From assembly GCA_010015585.1 (NCBI GenBank), contig ML975151.1: a DNA stretch of 64,000 nucleotides; one strand, written 5' to 3'. Origin of the DNA: Eremomyces bilateralis CBS 781.70 (Eukaryota). A model generated the notes under the pieces. It did no database searches. It saw only the letters and a program-made list of their open reading frames with translations, and was not told where the DNA came from. Below, piece after piece: positions 52,860 through 64,000 of the stretch; positions within the stretch are counted from its first letter, which is position 1; each line of letters starts with the position of its first letter. Both the position numbers and the translations under genes were made by a program.

Positions 52860-53665
52860 ATGGGTGACTCCACAGTTGTCTCTGTCAAGAGCTCATTTCT
52901 TCGATCGCAAACGCGTCTCCTTACCCAACCCGTGCAGCCGTCATCAAGATGGGCGGAGCGGAACTCTAAACAAGAGAATAACTTGCCGGATGAGACTGTG
53001 CGAGATGTGTTGCGTGAAGGTATCTATCCTACAACATTTTCGAAATAAGTATATGGGAATTAAGGATGGCAGTGAACCGAATTCTACGACGGCATAACAA
53101 ATCAGTCTACTCCTCGCTGAGCATTCAGCATGTTGCTGAGCAGATTGACAAGCTGTACTGGAATGCTGGAGGAGTGGATCTTTACTCGTCAAACCCGGGC
53201 TCGGAAGACACGAGTGCTTTGCTTCGCGTTCATGACGACTTCACCGAGCAAAGGTAACTATGGTGCGGAGGCCTAGCTACAATTAGTCACTGACTTATAT
53301 CAAGGCACATTGACAAGCTACCAGAGGAATGGGAAGATGAAGATGATCCCACAGCAACAGAGGAGGCTCAAGAGGAGTGAGTAATGCCAGGAGTCGCGAT
53401 CGCTTTTGTCGGACAGGAACTAATCCGCAGTAGATACCGTGCTCTAACCAAGAAGCTCCAAAGTCTGTCTGAGCGTCGCAAAGCTCTGAGAAACAAGTTG
53501 GAATCATATCAACAATTGGAGTCCCTGTTGGCCCCGTTCCAGCAGCCACTAGAGAGTGTCCAACCCAATCTTGTAACCCGTGATTCCGAACTGGCTGCTG
53601 AACTCGAGAAGACTCATGCACTGGGCATACGGGTAGCTGCCCGAGTTGCCACAATGAAGGAATGA
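52860..53665 (+). CDS. Kinetochore Sim4-complex subunit Fta4-like protein
   Basis: KSSFLRSQTRLL, VNRILRRHNKSVYS..QHVAEQIDKLY, IDKLPEEW and VQPNLVTRDSELAAEL; three introns; divergent from the GAF gene. Confidence 0.75.
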
Positions 53666-54660
53666 AATGTAGTATACAATAGTGGATAGTTCTCTACGAA
53701 ATCATGATCTTGAACATACTCCCATAGCATCTGCGGATGCGGTATACGCTCCATGATGAGTCTTTTTCCGTGCCCTACCCACCCTGGAAATATTCTCAGA
53801 AGGCTATAAATGCAAGAACAGTAGTTAATAGTTGTAATATCTGCTCGTGCCAGGTGAGCAGCGTCAGGGTCCGCGAAACAGTGCATGTGTCGTTGCCCAT
53901 TGCGTTCGTTTGCGATGCCTTCAGCACACGATGTTTGTGAACTTAATTTTTCCTCTCCATTCATTCTTTAACTTCTCGACTTAACAACGTAGAATGAGTA
54001 TGCACGGAAAAATGCCTTTTTCGCGAGCACCAGGACTGACGAGGATGACATTATTATTAGGAACAAGATGAACGGCAAGAAGTCCAACTCCTTTTATCCC
54101 GCCCAGAATGAGTGGGAGGGGATTTGGGACAAGATGTCAAGTAAGTCACACTACGACAGCCACTCCCAGGGTCGGTTTCCATTATATGCTGTGCGGTGAG
54201 GAAAGTATATCAATTCGATCACCATAATACTCAAGGCCTATCTGGGGATGGTCCGTGCCATCGATCAGAGCATTCCTAATAAGCCTTCGGGGTTTAACCG
54301 GAGTTTAGCCGCATTTTATCCGTTGCTTCTCCGGATAGCTAACTAACCCTTGCTCTCACAGCCAAATCATCTCTAAGTCACTCACGATCTGCCAGTGCTG
54401 AAACGGTCATCTTCGCTCCTGTGCACAAAGGAAAGGGGAAGCAAATTGAAGTGTCCCATCCACTCCCTGCGCTTCCTATCCAACCTCCCTTCCGTGCTAC
54501 TGCACCTTCCTTCTATCCTCGAAGCCCGCTTCCAACCCCTGGCGAAGTTCCCTATCCCGCTCGCATCAAGCGCCCGTTCCGAAAGGACCAATTCCAAAAG
54601 CACCAGCCCCGCCGCTCGGGAAGCATGACCGGCTTCCCTCTGATTGAATCTCCCGGCGCG

Positions 54661-55460
54661 ATGGCAGGCAACGTTCCCAGGCAGGCGCCTTCTCCCGGAC
54701 CAGGACCACATCAACCAAATGGAATTGGTGGAGCGGCACTCGGCCTCGGTGGACCGCTTCCGCAGGCGGGACACCAGATGGACATGAATCATCTCTGGAA
54801 CATGGTGCAGGAATTATCTGCGCAATTGGCCGAGAACCGAGCCCACGTTTCGCATATCCTCAATGGAGTTCAGCAGATTCAGGTAAGATTGGCTAGTGAT
54901 ATCATATACGACCTATTCTAACAGAACTCCTTTCACAGGTCCGCGCAGCGGAAGACGGTGCCTCTCCTACCATCACCGAAGTGAACGGCGAACTTCAAGC
55001 CAACCGTGCCGCCGAACTCGCGACCGTCCATAACCAGCTCTCCGCCGCGAACCGCAAGGTCGCCGCCCTCGAAGCCTCCAACGAGGAATTCAAGCAACTG
55101 GTCACCGACTTCGAGAACGCCATGGAGCTCATCCTCACCAAGCTGCGCCCGTACGCATACCACCACGCGCAAGCCATCAACGCGACCAAGGCGCACTACA
55201 ACCATCTGCTCGAACAGGAACGCGCAGCGAACCTCCAGATGCGCCTGCAGCTGGTCGATTGGCAGGATGGGCTTCGTCGCGTCAACACCTATGCGCGCGA
55301 GGCGCTCAACCACAGTAGCGAGGCGAGGCTCCCCTATATCCGGCGCATCGCGGGGCTGAAGAACGAGAATCGCACGCTTCGACGATTAGCGGGGTGGCCG
55401 GAGAGGGACGACAGCAGCGACGAGGAGGAGGATGAGAAGGACGAAGAACGCGCGGCTTAG
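54661..55460 (+). CDS. Conserved coiled-coil protein, probable SIKE-like/SCI1 STRIPAK subunit
   Basis: AGHQMDMNHLWNMVQELSAQL, HYNHLLEQERAANLQMRL and PYIRRIAGLKNENRTLRRLAGW; intron 54883-54938. The family assignment is from memory, and the start may lie upstream. Confidence 0.6.
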
Positions 55461-55729
55461 TCGCAGTCCCTTCACACCATCATTGCATTTGGCGTTCAGA
55501 AGGACATGATGAGTTATGGCACGGCTGGAAATACCCTGATGCCCATTGAGTAGCGTCTCATTGGCAACCCTGGCGTTCTGGTTATGCTCTCAAGCACTAT
55601 GGATACTACGATTGGTTTCACAACCACCAAAAAGCAGCATGATCTGCACCATTCAACCTTGAGTTTTTTCATGTTACCGTGATTGCCGCCTAATGCTGCT
55701 TTTGTCCAGCCTGTTTCCTCTGAACCTGC

Positions 55730-57329
55730 TTATAGTTGACTCTTACTGCCCAACTCGCAGAACGCCTGAAACGCTATGAGCGGGTCCTCACCAGTGCTTT
55801 CAATGACACACTCCGCAGTAGCACCAACGAAGAATACATATCCCGGCTTTACCGTCTCCTGCTTCGGCCCCACCGACACCGTACCTTCTCCGGACGTGCA
55901 GATAATGATGCTCGGGCCGGCGATCGGATCGAATGTCGCCTTGGCCTCACTCTTCTTGAGCTCCGTCTTGATGACGCTGAACTCTTCGATGGGCGGGTCG
56001 TAGAGGGTCGCAGATGAGTTTGAGGAGTAAGCTTTCGCGTTGAGTACGACGTGTGCGTATGGGGCCGGCTCCATCTTCTGCTCCTCGATGGATCCATATG
56101 AGTATGTGAGCATGGAAGTCAGAGTGGAGACATCTTTGAACTTGGGTGTAAAGCCAGCGCGGACGACGTTGTCTGATGATGCCATGCACTCAATTATATC
56201 TGTGATCGCATTAGTGGGGCCTTGATCGATATATCCAGTACTCGTACCTCCTGAGATATATGCATGGATATCATCGGCCTGCAAGAACATCGCCTCACCC
56301 GGCTCCAGTTTCACAAAATTGAGGAAGAACAACACGAACAGCCCAATATCTCCAGGAAATTCTCCGTTCAATCGGGTTACTAAATCAGCAAGCTCCTGGC
56401 CCTCATTCGATGATCCGCCTCCCCCGGCAAACTGAGAGCCTTGCGACTCGGCCAGGGCTACGAGCTCCTTGCTTGCAGATGCCAACGAGTCAGCAGCACC
56501 ATTCATGAGAGAAGTGAATGCTTCCCGGAGGGCTTTTTTGCCTGCACCGTCATCCTTTGCCTCAGATGCGACCTCCTCAAAGCTCTTCGCCTTGTCTTCT
56601 CCAACCAATCTGCGAAGGGGCGGGATTGACTGGAGGAAGTGAGCAATCTCAGGGAGAGGCCGGAAACCACAGAGACCCTCGAAAGGAGTGATGGCAATTG
56701 TCATCTCAGGCTTATGATTGTCGTCTACCGGCATTCAGTCAGAATATTTCGAACCTAGACTTCTAGCACATTTTCCTTGGACTTACCAGGATAGTTCTTC
56801 GGATCTTTGGCGTGAAGTTGCTCAGCCAACTTCTTGTTCGGATGCGCCTGGATGCTGAGCACTTTCTCTATCGATAGCACCTTGAACAAGAAGGGAAGCT
56901 TTCCCCCGTATTTCGAAGTGATCTCGGTGGACATAAGGGCGTGGTTGTCCTGTACGAGGTCGACGAGGGACCGCTGTGTTTTCATGTCCTTGGAAGGCAT
57001 CTTGGGGTGCGTACCCATCCATAGCTATGCGAATGAAGTCCTTCGTAAGCTCTTGAATTTGGTCAGGTTATTTCCTTGCACATACTTCGGCATACGGCTT
57101 TTCCTCTTCAATCGAAAAGTCGTCGGTCTCGCTTGCTGCGGCGAAACGGGCAGCAGCAGATGCCTTGCCAACCTTTCCTAAGATTCTTCAGCCCGAGTAT
57201 AGCTAATGTCAATGGTGACATTACCCCAATCATAGCTGTTGACCCCTATATGAATATCAGATACTGTAAGGACAAATGATTTTGATTCAATTCCTCACCG
57301 CATTGGAGTCGGATTAGCGGCACTTGCAT
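55730..57329 (-). CDS. PMI40: Mannose-6-phosphate isomerase
   Basis: [50 protein letters not shown] and [11 protein letters not shown] motifs. Confidence 0.96.
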
Positions 57330-57869
57330 GGCGGGGACGATGACTCCAAGTTCAGGGACGGTGTGGTTTCTACAAGGAAATACTTAGGGTGTCAGGGTGT
57401 CTGAAGGGGTGATCTGGAGGAGAACCCAATTATTGAACCATGGAAATGGTTATGTCTGAAATGTAAATGTGGTTGCAAATTTGAGATGGTTCCTTTCTGT
57501 GCTCCTTGAAGCTCATCCTTGATGATGCATGTGTCGCGCATCTCGACCTCTCACGAATCACCAACTATCAACCGACAAACAACATTGCCTCTAATCTACG
57601 GAATGACTACAAAATCCATATATCCACACCCAAAGCAACTTGTCTAAAAGCCGAAGCATTTTAGCCACCCTGAAAGGAAGGATTGAAATAAATCGGTCTC
57701 AACTGGACCTGATCAAACAAAAGTATCAGCCGGCAGTGGCATCATAGCTCTAAGCCGACAACGGCCGCAATTCCCTGCCAGAGAGCACATCCATTACCTT
57801 AGAACTCCTTCAACACGCCCTTCCTTTCCTTCTATCCAACCCCTAGTGTTAGATATCCTGGCTGGAGCC

Positions 57870-59459
57870 ATGGCATCCCGCAATCGGCGGCCCAATGCCG
57901 TGAAGGACGACGCGGATGAAGAGCGGGGCATTTGGAATCAACTTCGGTCAGATGCGAAGCGGGTAGACACGCTGATGGTATGAATATTGTTCAGGAACTT
58001 GGGAAATATGGCTGTTTGATGGACAAGGAACTGATGAGTCCCAACAGGCAGGTTCAAATACTCGATGGGAGCGGATGGCTGAGATTCATAATGAACTAAA
58101 TGCAGCGCACGGTAAGCTACATTAGAGGCTATATTCATTTGGATGCTTTATTTCTTCAACTCTACCTTATTATCTTTATGTTTCTCAAATCCAGACCGCA
58201 AAACTATCCTTCCTTACAACGTCGCTTCAGGTCCTATGCTTGACATCCCAACTAACCTTCTCCAGGCCGAGGGGTCTCCCCCACCTCCGACCTCGAAGAC
58301 GAACTCTCCTCCCTCTCCCGTGAAAACATCCGACTCATCGAAGAAATCACTTCCGCCTGCGACGGCGAAACCGACGACAACAACCTCTCGATCCTCCGCT
58401 CCCTCGAGGTCCTCGGCGCCCTCCGCGCCTCCTCCGAAGCCGACACCGCCGCCACCACCTCGACCCGCACGTCTGCCGCCGCCAGCGCGAAGAGCCAGCG
58501 GCTCGCAAAACGGAAAGATCGGGATCGCGATCGGGAGAGGGGGATGGAGCGGGAGCGGGAGCGGGAGCGGGAACGCGGGGAGAAGAGGTCGAGTATTGAG
58601 AGTGGGACGCCGGTGGCAGAGGAGAGGGGGGAGAGTAGCGTGGCGGGGGAGTCGCCGCGAACGACGGCGAGTCCGAAGGTGGAGGTGAAGAGTAGCGTGT
58701 CGCGGTTGATGTCGAAGGCGGGGTCGCGGAGTGGGAGCGTCGGGGCAGGGAGGGAGTCGAGCGTGAAGGCTGAGGATGGAGACGAGAAGGAAGCACCGAA
58801 AGGTTGGTAGCAGACGCTCGCCTTTTTCTCCACGTTTTCCCATCATGATCATGATCAGCATCATTTGCCAATACCCAATACCCAAGTTCTTTTCCTCATT
58901 CGGGTCAACACATTTCGTCTCATCTTATCTTGGCATTTTTTGATCCCATCGAATGCTCCAGTCCGTATCGGTTGCTGATGCTGAAACTACAACGAAACCA
59001 GTTGCCGAACGCCACCCCAAGCTCACCGTCGGCACCGAAGTCCTCTACCGCGCCCCCACGGCTAAGAACCAGAAATCCAAGCTCGTCGACCGCGACCCCT
59101 CCGAGGGCGAAGGCATCCTCTGCAGCATCACCTCCGTCATTGGCGAGGGCAAGCAGCGACGCTACGAGATCCAGGACTCGGATCCGGACCCTCCCACGCC
59201 ACCCACGCCCTACCGCGCGTCCGTCGCGCACCTGATTCCGATCCCGGCGAGCAATGATGGGCTGCGGTCGCTGTCCATGGGAACGTCGGTGCTGGCGCTG
59301 TATCCGAGCACGACGACGTTCTATCGGGCGGAGGTGGTGAGGGTGAGGGATGGAGGGGAGGTGATGGATGGGTGGGTGAGGTTGCGGTTTGAGGGGGAGG
59401 ATGAGGAGGATAAGGAGGAGACGGTGGAGAGGAGGTATGTATTGCCAGATGTGAAGTAG
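57870..59459 (+). CDS. SGF29: SAGA-associated factor 29 (tandem tudor)
   Basis: RYEIQDSDPD, VLALYPSTTTFYRAEV and RLRFEGEDE..VERRYVL motifs; multi-exon from MASRNRRP. Confidence 0.9.
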
Positions 59460-60058
59460 GTGTTTGATGGCGGGTTGGCAAGGGCATATGTGAATGATAT
59501 GGGGAGATTATTGACGGTTATATATTTGCGGAGGATGTTATAAATGCCATCTTCATCCCCGAAGGATATTTAGTTGGCTGGGGTTATAGCTCGCAAATAT
59601 GTTGTCAACTTCAATATCGATTGGAGGTACATTTAGTAGCGCAATGTCCCGATCCAGAGTAGCACATCTAAACTACATTTAGACTAAGAAGCAAGTTAAT
59701 GTACGGTGTGCGCCTGTCCTTTTCTTCCATACGTGATGCTCAAAACTGATGAGTACAGAAGCAGAGTACAAGCGGAGTACAGGGAGCAAAGAAGCCGCGC
59801 GACGCATCCGCCCGAGGTTAGCAATCGGTAGCTAACAAAGTCAAAGCCTCCCGTGTCGCTGATTTCGACCCACGATGCGACGAAGAGAAAGGCATGGAAA
59901 GGATGGACGGGTATCATGGTATAGCAAAATTTCTCCGCGTATGTTAGAGTGCTTGGGGAAAGCATTCGATAGGGGGCGAGGGGGTGATCGAGCTCGATGA
60001 TCGGTCGGAATTAGAATATGGAGGCATATCGGAGACGTATCTCCTCGGTCGGCGCCAC

Positions 60059-60836
<778 letters not shown>

Positions 60837-61767
60837 GATCGCCGGATGTTGTGCGGTCTTGATAAGTGGCTATTACTCGACTGGTCTCGGGACAGAGGTT
60901 CAATTCGAAGGGTATTTGAAAGGATCGCGATATGAGGCAACAGTGTTATAGACAACCCTCGCAATCCAAGTCACAGTGCTCGTGTTAACGGGTGTTTCGA
61001 GATCTCGGAGGTTTCAGATGCAGAAGACGGTTCGAATGTCAGGGGAAGATAGTAGGAGCAACTACGACTTCTCAAGCTGTGAGAGTTGTGTGAATCGACT
61101 CGACTCTGGGAAAAGCCAGTGAGGGGATCCAGACAAGATCACAAACCGAAAAAAGCAGTGTGGTTGAACTCTTGCAACGGGGATGATCAGATGGTGGAGG
61201 AGAAGAGGGTTAGGGGAGAAGCAGCGGCGGCTTGGGGTCAAGCGCAGACCAACGCGTGCCCCCCAATTTCCCCGATATCAAAATGCGGCTGCAAGTGCCT
61301 GCAAGTCTGCAATTCATGCAAGGGAACGACGGGGACGACGAAACGCCACCAACAGGGAACAAGGGAACACGAAGCTGAAGGCGCATGCAGGCACGAGCGT
61401 GAGCCGGATATCGCCATATCGGATATCGAGGCCACAAGACTCGGGGAAGGATGATATATTCCTTCGAAACAACGCCAGGTATTTGTCAATCTGGATGGCT
61501 GCATACAGGTACAGGTACCCGTACACCATAATATGCCAGTCAACTTGAAGCAACTCGTGCTCACGGTTTGGTTCGGTAGCGGGACGACCCGTTGCTTGTG
61601 CTGTTGTACCTGAGTACCTGACTTACTGGTATCACGCTTTGTTGACATTGCATCAGTCAGGCACCGTGCAACATACCTGCTACGTACCTGTATCCATTGA
61701 CATCTAACAATAATATCGTATCACCCGAAGTGAACCCTCCAGATCCTTCTTCCTCCTCCATCCCATC

Positions 61768-62455
61768 ATGTCATCCCGCCAGAGCTCCTCGCGCAGCAAA
61801 GCGCCTAAAGGCGAATACATCGAAACAGTACCCCCTCCCCTCTCCATCTACCTCCATCCCCCCCTCTGACCCCCCGTAGGACAGCGGCAACAAAGTTTCC
61901 CGCAAAGCCAACATCTCCGGCACCGCCAACATCACCCTCGGCGGCCGCACCGTCATCATGGCCGACGTGAACCTCCGCGGCGACCTCCACCGCCTCCCCT
62001 CCTCCACCGACGAACCCTCCGCAAAACCCTCCTCCACCTCCACCCACGCCATCTCCATCGGGAAACACACCGTCATCTCCCCGCGTTGCATCCTCCACCC
62101 CCCGCACCGCGTCCACCGCGGCGCCACCCAGTACTACCCGCTGAAGATCGGGGATAACGTGTTCGTCGGGCCGGGATGCGTGGTGTCCGCGGCGGCGATC
62201 GCGTCGCATGTGTATGTGGGTGAGGGAAGCGTGTTGATGCCGTTTTGCATGATCCGGGAGAACGTGAGGATTTTGCCCGGGAGCGTGGTGCCGCCGAATA
62301 TGGTAGTGCCGCCGGGGTCGGTGGTGGGAGGACGGCCGGCGAGGGTGCTGGGGGAGGTCGGGGAGGGGTGGGGGGTTAATGTGGCCGGAGCGGGAGGAGC
62401 GGAGATGTGGGTGGAGGGAGGGGATTTGAGGGAGTTGGTGAGGAGTGTTAAGTGA
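61768..62455 (+). CDS. DCTN5: Dynactin subunit 5 (p25), left-handed beta-helix
   Basis: EYIET/DSGNKVSRK..ITLGGRTVIMADVNLRGDL and YYPLKIGDNVFVG; intron ~61828-61879. Confidence 0.9.
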
Positions 62456-62799
62456 AAGAGGGAGAGTTGGTCATATTGAAGAAAGGTCGCGGATGATGTT
62501 GGCTCGACCTCCTATAACTGCTTGCGTATCCGACCAAAATGAGTTGGTTTCAAGATCAGACGATGCGGTCTGGCATTACGACTTGTCACGCGAGAAGCAT
62601 GGTTAACGAAGATTGGTCATTCTGGGCTGGCATCTTCTCCGAAGAGGCATGTAGCTGCTTCTCTTTCTAGGGAAGGCATGCAGAAAGAGGACAGATCCAT
62701 CCGAGGTAAACGATGTGTACGATGGAGCTGAGATAATGTATATTGATGTCTATTGAGTTCTATGGCCGGGAATGATGCTTATTCCTCGAGTTCCTCTCC

Positions 62800-63960
62800 T
62801 CAAAACTTCAGCTCGCCCTCGAACCCGTCAACGTGCCAGAAGTTGGCCTTGATCGGAGTGACGCTGCGCAGCCAGTCAGTATAGATCATAGATGACAATC
62901 CTAAGACTTACCTTGTGAACCCTTCCTTCACCACCCATCCATCCGACCCAGGTCCACCCTTTTCCACCGTCTCGTAAACCCCCTGGAAGTTCGGCGACCA
63001 TGTGAAATGCTTATGCACATATCGAACATGCTTCTCTGGTCCAGCCGCCTCCCCATTCTTCTCCACCTTACTCTGCTCCCTTTTCCCCTCCCCCCTCCAC
63101 AACTCCCCCTCCCGAATCCTCTCCTCTCCCTCCTCCGCCCCCTCATCCTCCTCTACCGGCACCATCTCTTCCCGAAACTGGCTCCCCTTCCACTGATTCT
63201 GCAACATCTTCGTCCAATACACCTTCCTCTCGCCGATCCCCTTCTGCACCGGCACATTGATGCTATACAGCTGCACTCCCTCCCCCCACCGCCCCTCCCC
63301 CGTCAGATGCTCAATCAACCGCACCCCCAACTCCGCCGCCTCCGCAATCACCTCCGCATGGTGCACCCGCTCCGAAAACGCATAGCTCAGCGCGATCGCC
63401 CGCACCCCGCAGATCGCCGCCTCCAGCGCCCCGCCCAACGTCCCGCTGCTCAACGCGAACGCCGCCGTTGTGTTCCGCCCGTAGTTCGGCCCGGACACCA
63501 CCAGGTCGATCGGCCCGCGCGAGTCGAAGTAATGGTGCAGCCCGATCTGCACGCAGCTGGCCGGCGTGCTGTCGACGAGCAGCCATTCTTCCCGGTCGCT
63601 GTGCGGCGGCTGCGGGGCGTGCGAGACGGTGCCGGTGTCGTGCGCAGTGGAGAGCTCGCCCGGGAGGAAGTACGAGGGCTTGACGGTCTGCCCGACCATG
63701 TGGGCTTTGCCGATCCAAGAGCGCTGAGTGTTGGGGAGGACGACGCTGACGGTGTGGTTGTGGGATTGGAGAGTGCGGATGAGGGAGTGGACGTAGGGGG
63801 AGGAGTGTTGGGACGGGGGACCGTCGTCGTTGACGACCTGGCGGGGTTAGCGAGGGCGCGGAATGAGGGGGAGAGTGGAGATGGAGGCATTGGGGATTAA
63901 ATAACCGCTGGGGGACGCTCATTATGTTGTGGGATGACTTCGACGTACCAAGATATGCAT
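62800..63960 (-). CDS. SurE-like 5'/3'-nucleotidase / acid phosphatase
   Basis: MHIL/VVNDDGPPS, QRSWIGKAH, TPASCVQIG, VSGPNYGRN, SGTLGGALEA and SVTPIKANF...LKF*. Confidence 0.92.
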
Positions 63961-64000
63961 GTTGGATAGAGTGTGGGTATTCAGCTGTATGTGTGGAAAG

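Noticed and set aside
56200..56247. Apparent insertions in the PMI, NmrA and EamA ORF translations
   Set aside because: They are ordinary short, stop-free, in-frame introns with GT..AG ends and branch-point-like sequences.

Overview
Eukaryotic, intron-rich DNA from a filamentous ascomycete (Pezizomycotina, inferred from gene content, GT-AG introns with CTRAC branch points and RIP-like CAA/CAG>TAA/TAG stops). The first ~20 kb is an accessory, TE-rich block. It holds a decayed NB-ARC/TPR NLR, a Zn2Cys6 transcription factor, an internally deleted Mutator element, two divergent NAD(P)-binding reductases sharing a promoter with three CGG-N13-CCG sites, a NACHT-WD40 C-terminal relic, a Tc1 relic, a hAT MITE and two alpha/beta hydrolases. 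From 21-35 kb are core genes (vWA/RfeF-like, RNR small subunit, PP1, an LRR protein). From 35-45.5 kb is a gene-poor stretch ending in an unusual tRNA-like Pol III unit and an intronless HET gene. From 46-64 kb is a compact core block (EamA transporter, AKR7, Smr protein, GAF/fRMsr, Fta4, SIKE/SCI1-like, PMI, SGF29, ARF6, dynactin p25, SurE). The best leads are the TF plus reductase mini-regulon with a readable operator, the non-canonical tRNA-like RNA, an alternative PP1 last exon that removes the CDK site, and a recurring C-rich to G-rich switch along exons. All calls were made by eye without database searches, and exon boundaries are approximate unless stated.
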